48,331 nt of DNA from an uncultured Gammaproteobacteria bacterium (GCA_964539015.1 CAZIHD010000002.1:1-48331); one strand, 5' to 3'. Shown: positions 35,488-45,716, counted from the first letter of the stretch. Numbers and translations are program-made. The notes: a model not told the origin generated them from the sequence alone.

Positions 35488-36624
35488 TTAAAGAAGTGCC
35501 TGCTTGGCCGCTATGAAAGCGCTGATTTGTTTTTTAAAATTCTCTACGGAATATTTTTCCGCGTGCTCTTTAATCCGCCGGCTATCCCAAACTTTTGTGC
35601 CGGTATCCAAATCTTCCAAGAAGCGGCGCACGCTGGCCATGATAGCCACCGGCGTTTGTTCCTGGAAAAAAAGACCGGTTTCGTTCTCTATTACTGTTTC
35701 CAAAGCACCGCCGCGGCGATAAGCGATTACCGGCCGGCCGGCCGCCATCGCCTCAACGACCGTAATTCCAAAATCTTCTTCTTGCGGATTAATAAAAGCC
35801 AGAGCCTGCGCATAGAGATCTGCCTTTTGCTCTTCGCTTACCCGTCCGATAAACTCAATATTCGGCGCATCACCGGCTAATTTCCGCAAACGCGGCAGAT
35901 CAATGCCGTCACCAAAAATTTTCAAATTAAAATCTGTTCCCAAAGCTTTAAAAGCCTGGACGACAATATCCACTCTTTTATAAGGCGCCAGGCGGCAGCC
36001 GATGAGAAAATAACGCTCTGAATGGCTTTGCCGGCTTAAATCGGAAATTTTAAATTTCTCCGTTTCCACGGGAGGATAAATTATTTCTGCTTCTCGGCGA
36101 TAGAATTTACTGATTCGTTGATGCACCGTCCGAGAATTAGCAATAAAATAATCAACCCGCTGAGCGGCGGCAAAATCCCAGATGCGCAGACGGCTGAGCG
36201 TCAAAGAAATTATTTTCTTGAACCATTTATTATATTTTAATTCATTAAGATATTGATGAGCGTCGCTCCAAAGATAGCGCGTTGGCGTATGGCAATAGCA
36301 AATATGGAGAGTATCGGGCGTCGTCACTACCCCCTTAGCAAAAGCGCTGGCATCGGAAATAACTAAATCATAAGGGCGCAAATCAAAAAACTCCACCGCC
36401 ATCGGCATAAAAAACAAATACCATTTATAATGGCGGACGCCCCCGGGTAAACGCTGAATAACCGAGGTTTCAATATGCCGGCCGGCAAAATTATCATCCA
36501 CATTCTTCTTTTCGTAAAGCAAAGTATAAATCGGCGCCTCGGGAAACATTTCCGCCAAAACTTGCAGGACTTTTTCCGCCCCGCCGCTCTGGGCGAGATG
36601 GTCATGGATTAAAGCGACTTTCAT
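35488..36624 (-). CDS. Glycosyltransferase family 4
   Basis: EDFGITVVEAMAAGRPVIAYRRGGALE. Confidence 0.85.
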   Translation of the reverse strand: MKVALIHDHLAQSGGAEKVLQVLAEMFPEAPIYTLLYEKKNVDDNFAGRHIETSVIQRLPGGVRHYKWYLFFMPMAVEFFDLRPYDLVISDASAFAKGVVTTPDTLHICYCHTPTRYLWSDAHQYLNELKYNKWFKKIISLTLSRLRIWDFAAAQRVDYFIANSRTVHQRISKFYRREAEIIYPPVETEKFKISDLSRQSHSERYFLIGCRLAPYKRVDIVVQAFKALGTDFNLKIFGDGIDLPRLRKLAGDAPNIEFIGRVSEEQKADLYAQALAFINPQEEDFGITVVEAMAAGRPVIAYRRGGALETVIENETGLFFQEQTPVAIMASVRRFLEDLDTGTKVWDSRRIKEHAEKYSVENFKKQISAFIAAKQALL

Positions 36625-36638
36625 AAAATAATTAAAAA

Positions 36639-38054
36639 TTATTCCGCTTCGCGGTGCTTTAAAACGGCAAAAGGCGTTTTTAGTAAAATGGAAATATCCA
36701 ACAATAAAGACCAGTTTTCCAGATAATAAACATCAAGCTTAACTTCTTCTTCAAAAAGCAGATCGCTGCGTCCGGAGACTTGCGCCATACCGGTGATGCC
36801 CGGTTTCACGGTTAAAACTTTTTTGTGATGATGTTCATATTTGGCCACTTCTTCCGGCAAGTGCGGACGCGGGCCGACTAAGCTCATCCGGCCGATAAAG
36901 ACTAAAAATAACTCCGAGAGTTCATCTAAAGACCAACGGCGGATAATTTTACCCACCCGGGTAACGCGGGGATCGTCTTTAATCTTAACTAAAGGCCCGT
37001 CCGTGCGCAGATTGCGATCCGCCAATTCTTTATAGCGCATGCTGTCGCAATTATCGATCATGGAACGGAATTTAAAATAACGGAAAGGCTGCCCGCCCTC
37101 GCCAACACGCGTGACCGGCGTGCCGTCATCGCGGCAGGAAAAAAAGACCGGCCCGCGCGAATCTAATTTTATGGCTACGGCGACGATTAACAAAATCGGA
37201 GAAAATATAATAATTAACAAGCCGGAACCGAAAATATCAAACAGGCGCTTCCAAATCCTTCCCCAACCGTCCAGAGTCGTCTTTTTAACTTCTACAATCG
37301 GGATACCGGCCAAATCCGTTACTTCCGTCCGCAAAACCTTCACTTCCAAAAGATCGGCCACATACTTATAGACAAGATGATGCTCGGCGGCAAAATCATA
37401 TAAACGCAGAGCTTCGGCTTTACTGAGATTCGGATCGCTTTGCATAATTTCTTCAACCGGTACCGAAGCCAACATTTCCGCCAATTCCTGGGCACTCTCC
37501 AAAGAAAAATCACGCAGACGCTTAGTGACGCTATAACCTAATTGCGGATTGACCGCAAATTCGGATAAGAGTTTGTCGGTCGTTTTGCTATTGCCGACCA
37601 AAACTAGATGGCGGATACCGATGCCGAAACGACAAAGACGACGGCGCAGCCAACGGATAAAAAGGCGGCCGGCGCTCACATAAACTATCGCCAAAAACCA
37701 GGCGGCAATCACGATAAAACGGGAATCAAAAAGACCGCGGCGGAAAAAGATAAAGATGGCGATTAAAGCCAGCCCGGTAGAACAAGCCAAAACGACACGG
37801 GCTAATTCCCGAGCTACATTTGCCGGCCGGCGGATTCGGTACATGCCGGCAAAAGCAAAAACCAAGAGCCACGCCAAAGCAATCAAGAAGACGAGCTCTA
37901 AATATTGATCAAACGGCAAATTAAAAATAATTGGCCGGATCCCGGTGGAAAAGCTCGAAAAACGAAGATGATAGGCGGAAATACCGGCCAAAACCAAGAG
38001 AGCGTAATCCAGCGGCACCAAGAGAAAACTGAAAAATAATTCAGGTTTTTTCAT
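36639..38054 (-). CDS. Polyprenyl-phosphate sugar phosphotransferase (WbaP/bacterial sugar transferase family)
   Basis: It has N-terminal TM helices and the C-terminal motifs LVGPRPHLPEEV and KPGITGMAQVSGRSDL. Confidence 0.88.
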   Translation of the reverse strand: MKKPELFFSFLLVPLDYALLVLAGISAYHLRFSSFSTGIRPIIFNLPFDQYLELVFLIALAWLLVFAFAGMYRIRRPANVARELARVVLACSTGLALIAIFIFFRRGLFDSRFIVIAAWFLAIVYVSAGRLFIRWLRRRLCRFGIGIRHLVLVGNSKTTDKLLSEFAVNPQLGYSVTKRLRDFSLESAQELAEMLASVPVEEIMQSDPNLSKAEALRLYDFAAEHHLVYKYVADLLEVKVLRTEVTDLAGIPIVEVKKTTLDGWGRIWKRLFDIFGSGLLIIIFSPILLIVAVAIKLDSRGPVFFSCRDDGTPVTRVGEGGQPFRYFKFRSMIDNCDSMRYKELADRNLRTDGPLVKIKDDPRVTRVGKIIRRWSLDELSELFLVFIGRMSLVGPRPHLPEEVAKYEHHHKKVLTVKPGITGMAQVSGRSDLLFEEEVKLDVYYLENWSLLLDISILLKTPFAVLKHREAE

Positions 38055-38111
38055 ATTTATATCAAGCTTAAATCAAGATAATCAATAATTTAAGTTCTAA
38101 AATAAAGTTAA

Positions 38112-38472
38112 GAGGGCAAGCGATAAGCCGGATTCTGTCGTGAGCGGCCATTTATCTAGCCTGGCTGTCGCCAGCCAGGTCAAGCGAGCTACTTTTTACC
38201 AAATAAGCGCTTGCGCGCCCATCCGGCTTTGCTCTTGCTTCAGGCAGGGTTTACCGCGGACACGCCGTTACCGGCGGCCGAAGCCTGTAGCCCCGAAGAA
38301 CACCAGGCGACTTTTCACCTTTCTCCGCCCGAGAGCGGATAGTATTGTCTCTGTGGCACTTTCCCTAAGATTGCTCTTGGCGGACGTTATCCGCTGCCCT
38401 TTTTTGTGAAGTCCGGACTTTCCTCTCCTTGGCGTCAAATAACGCAAAAGAGCGGCCGCTTACTTGCCCCGA
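38112..38472 (-). ncRNA. rnpB: RNase P RNA, bacterial type A
   Basis: The minus strand contains GAGGAAAGUCCGGAC (P4 5'), ACAGAAUCCGGCUUAUCG (P4 3') and GGUAAACCCUGCCUGAAGCAAG. P1 pairs GGGCAAG (38469-38463) with CUUGCCC (38120-38114). The ends are approximate. Confidence 0.9.
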
Positions 38473-38483
38473 TTAACCCTTTT

Positions 38484-38512
38484 ATCGTACAAGAAAAGTC
38501 GGAAAAAATCAA
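38484..38512 (-). promoter_or_regulatory. Candidate rnpB promoter
   Basis: On the minus strand: TTGATT (38512-38507), a 17-nt spacer, then TACGAT (38489-38484). It lies about 12 nt upstream of P1. Confidence 0.4.
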
Positions 38513-38546
38513 ATTAAAAAGATATCATCCCCTTTTTAATCTAATC

Positions 38547-38573
38547 TTGACAAAATATTAATAATGTTATAAA
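38547..38573 (+). promoter_or_regulatory. Candidate promoter of the small ORF
   Basis: TTGACA (38547-38552), then TG-T-TATAAA (38565-38573). The spacer is 15 nt. Confidence 0.4.
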
Positions 38574-38597
38574 AAGATAATACCAAAACCGTTCCTT

Positions 38598-38765
38598 ATG
38601 AAAAAAATAAATTTGGGAATATTGATTCTGTTCAGTATTCCCGTCTTTGCCAATGACCAAAAACCAACAACGGATTGGACAGCGTTTCTACCATTACTGA
38701 CACTGTTGGTGGTAGTAGGGATTTCCTTGTTGGCGATCAGATTGCTAAAAGGCAAAGACAAATAA
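38598..38765 (+). CDS. Small (55 aa) signal-peptide plus C-terminal TM-anchor protein, absent from the ORF track
   Basis: Hand translation gives MKKINLGILILFSIPVFANDQKPTTDWTAFLPLLTLLVVVGISLLAIRLLKGKDK*. It is followed directly by a terminator. Confidence 0.5.
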   Translation: MKKINLGILILFSIPVFANDQKPTTDWTAFLPLLTLLVVVGISLLAIRLLKGKDK

Positions 38766-38770
38766 AAAAA

Positions 38771-38792
38771 ACCGGGAAAAATATCTCCCGGT
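38771..38792. terminator. Bidirectional terminator between convergent genes
   Basis: accggga-aaaatatc-tcccggt is flanked by an A-run and a T-run. Confidence 0.7.
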
Positions 38793-38824
38793 TTTTTCAT
38801 ATCTTTTTATTTTTTCTCCTTCTT

Positions 38825-41800
38825 CTATTGCGGTTTCTCGGCTTCATATTCAGATAAAACTTTGGCCGCATCCAGACTTCCCTGCCAAAGCTTTAAATTA
38901 TCTAATTTAAAACCGGTAACCTCGGTCGCCAAAGACAAACCGTCTAAATTAGTAATATCCAAAGGTAAATCTTGTTTTTCCAGTTTAAGCTTGCCATCAA
39001 CAAATAATTGCCAGCGATAGCGATAATCATCATAAACCAAGGCTAAATGGTGCCAAAGATCATCTTTGGGCAAAACTTCATATCCTTCCGACCAAATATT
39101 GCCGTTTAACTGCTGGCGCCAATTATTCATGGAAAAATTAACCGGACTCTCATCCCCTTCTTTTAAAAGTAATTGCATTCGGCCGCTAAAACCCGCCGGG
39201 GCGGTATTCTGCCACCACCAAGAAGCGGAAAAATCATCAGCCGCCCAAGCCGGCAGCGATAGCTGATATTTAGTATCTAAAGGCGGCCAATCTAAACCAC
39301 GGCCGCTTAAGCCGTCATAAACAAGCGCATTGGCCGGCAAAGACCAATCTAAACCGCCGACACTATCATGGGCGACCGTACCACTGGCTTCATCAAAATT
39401 CCAAGCATGAAGTAACTGCAATTCTGAGGGTGTTTCTCTTTCGGGCTGGGGATTAAACGGCTGAGCGGCAACAGCCAAATTTTTAATTTCAGCCTGACTT
39501 AAAGCCCGATTCCACAGCGCCACGTCATCAATCAGGGTGAGTCCGGCGACCGCACCGATGGTCAATCGATTAAAACCGGGCGCTAAACCGCTAAAATCCT
39601 GATGAAAAATTTCCTGTCCGTCAAAAGATAAAGACCAATAACCGCCGCCGGCATTCCAGACCAGCACACCCTGATGCCAGGCATTATCCATATAACTAGA
39701 ACAATCGTAACGCCCTTCCAAACCGGGAAAACCGTGGAATTCCATCATCGTATTATAAAGATATAATTGTAAAGCGATATTTTCTTCAGTGTTGCTTAAA
39801 TAAAAATAAGGATTAGCGTAATCGCCATCACCTTTGAATTGAAAAGCGAGAGTAAAAGTTTCACCGCTCAAAAGCGGATCTAAATCAGCTTCCAAAGCTG
39901 TCGGCCGATAAGGCGGCGCTTGGGCGCAACCCCAGCGGCCAACTGTCCAAGTTCCCGGCGTGCTTAAGGCGGCACTCATCTTTCCGCTAATCATTTCCGC
40001 CGTACTGCTGCCGCGGCATTCTTCAAACGACCAGAGACGCCACAAGCCGGAACTGTCAACTCCCGGCAAAAGAGTAAAGGGCGTACTGCTGGCACTATTA
40101 CCCTGTTCATTATTATTATCCTCATCAACATTATCATCTTCGTCTTCACCGTCTTCTTCATCTTCTTCGACCGGCTCCGGAATCACTCCGCCTAAAGGCC
40201 AGAGAAGCCAGTCGCGGCTATTATTATTACTATCATAAAGCGGCGGCCAATTCGCCTTCTCGCCGTCTGCCAAAATTTCCGCCAGCTGCGTTCCAGCGTC
40301 GGCTTTGCGCCGCAACAAATAGCCGGTGATATCGGCCGGCGCGGAAGCGGCGCCTTCAAAGTATTTTGCCTGGCCATAGCCGACAAAATCAATAATGTCC
40401 GCATCATTTGCGCTGCTTACCGGTCCGGAAGCCAGATAAATCGTATAGCCACTATCAGCCAGATTGAAATCGGTGCGTGAAGCGATGGCCTGTGCCGCCG
40501 CTCGTAAATCAGCGGCCGCTTTATTACGGACGATTCGATAACCCTCCCCGGCGCGAATCACTTTTCCGCCCGGGAAAGAAGCATCGGTGCCGACATCAAA
40601 CCGTAAAATAATACCCGGATCGGCAGCTGTCCTGCTTTTTTCCAAACGAACTTTACGCGCGGCTAAATCGATATCTTCTTCACCATAATTCCAAATTTCC
40701 AGCCAATCATCATCACCAATTGTATAAAGGCGGCTGATAACTAAAGTTAAAGGCGCTTCGGTCTTCGTTTTAACCGTGCTCGTCGCTTTAGGCTTAGTTT
40801 TTTTAGTGTCAGTGGTGGTAGTTTTGGCGGTGGTGCTGGTTAATTTAGCGGCCACCGGCGACCAGAGGGCGACATTCTTTTTGCTCGCCGCTGTCTTAAC
40901 GGGAATGGAGGCGGAAGAATTTGTCTGGCTGTTAACAGCCGCCGTATCAGTATTCTTCTGACTATCGGCAACCGCGGGGCGAGCAGTGCTGAAAATATCT
41001 TGTCCGGAAGAAATTGAAGCCGGTTCGGAACCAACCAACGATTGATTATTCTTGTCCGCAGTAACGGCCGCAACTGTTTTTTTATTTTTCGCCGTTGTTT
41101 TTTTAATTGTTTTTGCCGGCAGAGTCGTGCTTAACGCCGGATTAACGGCGGCTGAAAAAGAAGATTTATTTGCATCAGCAGCCTCAATGTTTTCATTTCC
41201 GGAAATTGTTTCTGATTGGAGTTTAAGAGCCGAGGCCGGCGACTCATCCCAAGTTAATTCTTCCGTCTGTTTTTTATCGGAAAATAAATCATTCCAGCCT
41301 TCCACAAAAACACCGGCAATCTTTTTTACGCTCGAAACCGGATTATTAATCAGGCTCCATTTTAAGATAAGCCCGAGATTACTAACTTTCCCGCGTATGG
41401 CTTCTTCCGGAAAAACACTGCTTAAATCAATATCGACCGTCTCATCTTTCAAGCTTGTTTGTAAAGCCTGGGTATAGGGAATAAAAATATAACGATCGCC
41501 ATTATATTCCTTGCCGGCATCATAACCGATTTTTTCCGGAGCGGGTAAAAGAATATCGCTCCGGCGGGCGATGCGCGAAAATTCCCGCCGTGTAGAAAAA
41601 CAATCGCCTTGATCATTATATAAGCTGTCCCGATCATAACCGTCGGGCGTAATATTGACGGCGTAATATTGCTGATTATATTCCAGCGCGCCGAGACGTT
41701 CCGGATTATCGGCGTTAGCGCTTTCATATAATTTCTCGGTCAAGCCGACGCAAGTCCAGTCGCCGCTGCCCGGCCCTTTTTGGGCAGAAAAATCAAAATC

Positions 41801-42205
41801 ATAGCCTAAATCGGCGCTGGCCAGGTATTTGGCCAGAGCCACCGCTTTCGCCCGCTGCCAAGAAGTGGCTTTCGTTGGAATCTTGGCGGCCACTAGTTTT
41901 TCGCCATTATTTTCATTAACAAAATATTGAGCCGGCGTCTTGACGATGCCGTTGCCTAAAGCCTCCACCACATAATCAACCCCTTCTTCTTGACCGATAT
42001 AAATACCGGCGTGGCCGGAATAAATATTTGTGATCAGACCGAACTTTTCTTTAAGCAGATCCCGGCTGCTATAACCATACATCTGGCCATGACTGGAAGT
42101 ACGATAAAGGAGCGTCCCCGGCATCATTGCCGCTGCCGGACGGCAGATTAATAAATAACCGGCAAGAAAAAAACCGATTAATAATTTTATTTTATAAAGC
42201 CGCAT
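38825..42205 (-). CDS. Giant secreted multidomain protein: permuted NlpC/P60 (YiiX-like) amidase + Lamin-tail domain + acidic linker + two LamG/ConA-like domains
   Basis: It has a signal peptide. The His-then-Cys order (SGHAGIYIG ... DWTCVGLTEKLYE) indicates a permuted papain fold. The LTD region reads VISRLYTIGDDDWLEIWNYGEEDIDL. The two LamG domains end in DDVALWNRALSQAEI and LDNLKLWQGSLDAAKV. Confidence 0.7.
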   Translation of the reverse strand: MRLYKIKLLIGFFLAGYLLICRPAAAMMPGTLLYRTSSHGQMYGYSSRDLLKEKFGLITNIYSGHAGIYIGQEEGVDYVVEALGNGIVKTPAQYFVNENNGEKLVAAKIPTKATSWQRAKAVALAKYLASADLGYDFDFSAQKGPGSGDWTCVGLTEKLYESANADNPERLGALEYNQQYYAVNITPDGYDRDSLYNDQGDCFSTRREFSRIARRSDILLPAPEKIGYDAGKEYNGDRYIFIPYTQALQTSLKDETVDIDLSSVFPEEAIRGKVSNLGLILKWSLINNPVSSVKKIAGVFVEGWNDLFSDKKQTEELTWDESPASALKLQSETISGNENIEAADANKSSFSAAVNPALSTTLPAKTIKKTTAKNKKTVAAVTADKNNQSLVGSEPASISSGQDIFSTARPAVADSQKNTDTAAVNSQTNSSASIPVKTAASKKNVALWSPVAAKLTSTTAKTTTTDTKKTKPKATSTVKTKTEAPLTLVISRLYTIGDDDWLEIWNYGEEDIDLAARKVRLEKSRTAADPGIILRFDVGTDASFPGGKVIRAGEGYRIVRNKAAADLRAAAQAIASRTDFNLADSGYTIYLASGPVSSANDADIIDFVGYGQAKYFEGAASAPADITGYLLRRKADAGTQLAEILADGEKANWPPLYDSNNNSRDWLLWPLGGVIPEPVEEDEEDGEDEDDNVDEDNNNEQGNSASSTPFTLLPGVDSSGLWRLWSFEECRGSSTAEMISGKMSAALSTPGTWTVGRWGCAQAPPYRPTALEADLDPLLSGETFTLAFQFKGDGDYANPYFYLSNTEENIALQLYLYNTMMEFHGFPGLEGRYDCSSYMDNAWHQGVLVWNAGGGYWSLSFDGQEIFHQDFSGLAPGFNRLTIGAVAGLTLIDDVALWNRALSQAEIKNLAVAAQPFNPQPERETPSELQLLHAWNFDEASGTVAHDSVGGLDWSLPANALVYDGLSGRGLDWPPLDTKYQLSLPAWAADDFSASWWWQNTAPAGFSGRMQLLLKEGDESPVNFSMNNWRQQLNGNIWSEGYEVLPKDDLWHHLALVYDDYRYRWQLFVDGKLKLEKQDLPLDITNLDGLSLATEVTGFKLDNLKLWQGSLDAAKVLSEYEAEKPQ

Positions 42206-43148
42206 AAAAATTTTGCCATTCCTGCGCCGACGGGTCAGGCGTCTTAATATCTAAAGCAAATAATGTCCGCAAAGCTTCCGCCGCCAAGCCGCGGCTGAGA
42301 TTATCCAAGTCGGTGGCGCCGGCCAAAGACGTTAGCAGCGGCCGTAAAATTTCCGGCTGATTCTTGCCGACTTCGCTAAGCAGCCATAAGCGCCGCCAGC
42401 GGCCTGGGCCAAACGGTTCTTTCTTGATAAGAGCCGATAAAAGTTCAAGATCGGACGCCGGCCAATTAATCGTTCCCTCCGGCCAGGACGAAGCGAGCTG
42501 GAGGGCGGCAGTCAGAAGTTCGGTCTCAGTCTGATTTAAAATTAATTTTTTTACTAAGGCCGCATTATCCGCCTGCGGAAAAGAAGCAAGCAAGCGCAGG
42601 GCGTAAATCCGATCTGCCAAGGCCGCCTTTCCGTCTTCAACCTGCGCCCTTATCTGTACCAGCCAAGATTCATCTTTAAAAGCAGCCGGAAAAAAAGTAA
42701 CAATCAAGCGCTTATTCTCTGCCGAAGCCTGAGGATCGGCGATAATTTCCGCCAGCAAAGGCGGCAAAGCTTGAGAATTATTATCAGCGGCCATAATCTT
42801 AATCAAAGCGGCCTGTAAATCCGCATCGCTGCCTTGAAAAACTTGGCGAAAATTCTTGGCGACTGCTTCCGGATGCGCCTGATAATAAGGACGCCAAAGA
42901 GAAGCGTAGGCCTGCCGCGTGGCTAAACATTCTTCCCGACAAACGCCCTGGAAAGATGCTTGGAAATGCCGCCAAGCAATTTCCGCCCGCAAGGCTTCGG
43001 GATAATGCGTCCAAGAGCGGAAGAGACAAGGCGATAATAAAACCAAAATTAAAATCAGAAAAAAACCGCCGAGAGCCAGCGGCCAATAACGGCGGCAGCG
43101 GCGCTGCCAGACTGACAACGGTTTTTTAAGCAATAAAGGTTTAAGCAT
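42192..43148 (-). CDS. Hypothetical membrane-anchored alpha-helical repeat protein
   Basis: The ATG at 43148 precedes a TM helix. The ORF track's start at 43220 is TTG and remains possible. It overlaps the downstream gene by 14 nt. Confidence 0.5.
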   Translation of the reverse strand: MLKPLLLKKPLSVWQRRCRRYWPLALGGFFLILILVLLSPCLFRSWTHYPEALRAEIAWRHFQASFQGVCREECLATRQAYASLWRPYYQAHPEAVAKNFRQVFQGSDADLQAALIKIMAADNNSQALPPLLAEIIADPQASAENKRLIVTFFPAAFKDESWLVQIRAQVEDGKAALADRIYALRLLASFPQADNAALVKKLILNQTETELLTAALQLASSWPEGTINWPASDLELLSALIKKEPFGPGRWRRLWLLSEVGKNQPEILRPLLTSLAGATDLDNLSRGLAAEALRTLFALDIKTPDPSAQEWQNFYAAL

Positions 43149-43363
43149 AAATTTTAGTTGTCCGGATTCCTTCCGTCCCAGGTCCGGCGCGTGGATCCGA
43201 GACGGAAGGCAATCCGACAAATTAAATTGGCACCGCTATCAGCATAGCAAAAACCGGCTGAAGGCAGCTGAAAATAAAATTCAGAAAAAACTGAAGATTA
43301 AAATCAAAAAAACGCCCGTAAATACAGACGTTTTTTGTAAAAAATGAAACTGATTATTTTTTC

Positions 43364-45634
43364 TTATTTTTCCGCTCCGGTCGAACTGGCGGAATCAGTC
43401 GATACGGTCGAACTGGCCTCCTGAATGCTCTTTAAAAAAGTCTGGATGGCCGGGCGTAAAGAAGAATCAATGTCTCCGGCTTTAATAGACGCATTCAAAG
43501 CTTCATTGACGTTGCCGGCCGCCAATTCGGCTTTGGCCAGATTAACATAAAGCAAAGCATCGTTCGGATTTTGTTGAACCAAGAGGCGATAGGCCAAAAG
43601 CAAGCGGGTGCTGTCTTTTGTGTCTTGATAATGCTTAACGGCCGCCGTTAAAACATCGCCGAGCAGATTCTTGCCGCCGCGATCAAGACAACCATCGACA
43701 TAAGGCTGATATTTATTGCTCTTTGCCAAAAAATAATAATTTCCCAGCTGACAATTTGCCTCTACATAATTAGGATTTAAGTCGTAGGCTGTTAAGAAAG
43801 ATTTTTCTGCCCCGGCCATATCGCCGCGGTTAGCTTGAATTTGAGCCAGAATAAAATAAACAGGAACACGGCGCGGACTGGCAGCCAAAGATTTTTCCGC
43901 CGCCGCCAGCGCTTTATCCGAATAAGATTTAAATAAAGCCGGCTGTTGTGAATAATAGCGGGAAGCAACATCATAAAGCTGAGCCATCTGCATCTGCGCC
44001 AAACTATCTTGCTGGTTATAAACCAAATTCTTTTCCCCTAAATCAAGGACGTAATTTAAAGAATCCTGGATATTATCGGCGGGCAGCCGGGTAAAGAGAG
44101 TCGGATTGCCGATGACCAGATTAATCAGAGTAGTTCGGCCGTCGCGATCCAAAGGGGTTTTTAAAGCGAAGGCTTGGCGATAGGCCAGAAAGCCGGAAGA
44201 CATTTGGCCGCTGGCGATACCAGAATAGCCTTTAATCACGCCGGTCAACATGCGCCAAGGCCGGATATTAAAACTAAAAATTATAATTAAAACCAAGACG
44301 CTGGTAACCCCGAACCCGATCCATTCTTTCCAATCCGGAAAATTATTATTAACCGTCTCAATTTCTTCTTCATCTTCAATTTCCTCCGGTTGTGACAGAA
44401 AAATCAGATAAGCCAGCGTCAGCATTAAACCCATATAAGTGGCCAGAGAATCAAAAACGGCCAGATTTTGAATAAAATAAGCAGCGATAAGAGCGGCCAA
44501 AACCAGCAACTCCCGCACCGGACGCCCTTCCGCCCCCGGTTTGATCCGACCGCCGCGGCGGCGTAAAGAACGATACCAATCACGCGCGGCAAAAACAAAG
44601 ATACTTAAATAAGCCAGCAAGCCGAGAGCGCCGGTCGTAGAGGTGATATCGATTAAATTATTATGCGCCCGATCAAAATAAGTTTCGGTCGTAGAATAAT
44701 TAAAAAATTCCGGATTGAATTGGCGGTCAAAGATAATGGCATAATTGCCAAAACCGGTACCGAGCCAAGGATGAAGGTAAAAATCGCGGGCTGCGCCTTC
44801 CCAGGACAAACGCCGCGTCTGAAAAGTACTTTTATAAATACTAAGATTATGCAGATGTTTATTTTCCTGAAACCAAGGCTGTTTATATTGAGAAAAGAGC
44901 GTAATAACGCCGATTAATGCGATACCGAAAACCAGAAGCGCTGTCCGGCGCCAGCGGCGTCGGGAAGCGCATAAACCCATCAAAAAAAGAAGGAGAAGCA
45001 GGCTCGCGCTCAAACCGATAATCGCCCCGGAAGTGTTCGCCTTTAAAAAAGCAACCAGCATCAAGATAATGGCGAGATAAAAAGGCCATTGCCAGCGCCA
45101 AGGAGTATGTAAAAGAAGAATCAAGGCAAAATATATATTAAAAATCATGTATCCGCTGACGTAAGCGGTATTGCCGATTGTGCCGATATGAGTGCCGCTA
45201 AAGGTACAGAGAGCTTCTATGGCCGCGACCAAAACCGAAGCGCTGAGCAACCAATACCAATCTTCTTTATTTCGGAAAGCGGTAATAAGATAGAGGTAAA
45301 AAAGAAAAAAATGAAAGATATGAAAAAATCCCAGCAAACGTTCAACGTCGCCCCAGAAACTAAGATTAAAATCAACACCGGTGAAACAAGAAATCAAAAT
45401 AATGGCCAGATAAGCAAATAATCCCCAAGTAATCAATGAACGCTGCGGCCGAAATTTTGGAAATTTCCAAATCAGAATCAGCCAGAATGGCAGTAACAGC
45501 TCCATTAAAATATTAAAGGTCAGCTGCTTGGAGGAGATGTAAGGAAAAAGAAGGTTGCCGAAGAGTAAAAAAATTACCCCCAAGGAAGCAAAAATTCCAA
45601 TCTGTAAAATGCGCTGATAAGTTTTAGCGGACAT
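43364..45634 (-). CDS. Wzy_C / O-antigen-ligase-like membrane protein with C-terminal TPR repeats
   Basis: It is polytopic, with the RAHNNLIDITSTTGALGLLAYL motif and a TPR-like C-terminal third. Confidence 0.7.
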   Translation of the reverse strand: MSAKTYQRILQIGIFASLGVIFLLFGNLLFPYISSKQLTFNILMELLLPFWLILIWKFPKFRPQRSLITWGLFAYLAIILISCFTGVDFNLSFWGDVERLLGFFHIFHFFLFYLYLITAFRNKEDWYWLLSASVLVAAIEALCTFSGTHIGTIGNTAYVSGYMIFNIYFALILLLHTPWRWQWPFYLAIILMLVAFLKANTSGAIIGLSASLLLLLFLMGLCASRRRWRRTALLVFGIALIGVITLFSQYKQPWFQENKHLHNLSIYKSTFQTRRLSWEGAARDFYLHPWLGTGFGNYAIIFDRQFNPEFFNYSTTETYFDRAHNNLIDITSTTGALGLLAYLSIFVFAARDWYRSLRRRGGRIKPGAEGRPVRELLVLAALIAAYFIQNLAVFDSLATYMGLMLTLAYLIFLSQPEEIEDEEEIETVNNNFPDWKEWIGFGVTSVLVLIIIFSFNIRPWRMLTGVIKGYSGIASGQMSSGFLAYRQAFALKTPLDRDGRTTLINLVIGNPTLFTRLPADNIQDSLNYVLDLGEKNLVYNQQDSLAQMQMAQLYDVASRYYSQQPALFKSYSDKALAAAEKSLAASPRRVPVYFILAQIQANRGDMAGAEKSFLTAYDLNPNYVEANCQLGNYYFLAKSNKYQPYVDGCLDRGGKNLLGDVLTAAVKHYQDTKDSTRLLLAYRLLVQQNPNDALLYVNLAKAELAAGNVNEALNASIKAGDIDSSLRPAIQTFLKSIQEASSTVSTDSASSTGAEK

Positions 45635-45666
45635 AAAATCTATGATTTAATAAATAAACTTCTTTT

Positions 45667-45675
45667 ATTATAGCA
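45667..45675 (-). promoter_or_regulatory. Extended -10 TGCTATAAT
   Basis: This is the reverse complement of attatagca, 32 nt upstream of the ATG at 45634. Confidence 0.5.
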
Positions 45676-45716
45676 GAAAAGCAAGAAAATAATAAAGTGG
45701 CTCGGATTGGAAAAAT

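Noticed and set aside
38140-38409. 89-aa plus-strand ORF
   Set aside because: It lies entirely antisense within the RNase P RNA gene. The Arg/Pro-rich translation is typical of a GC-rich structured RNA.
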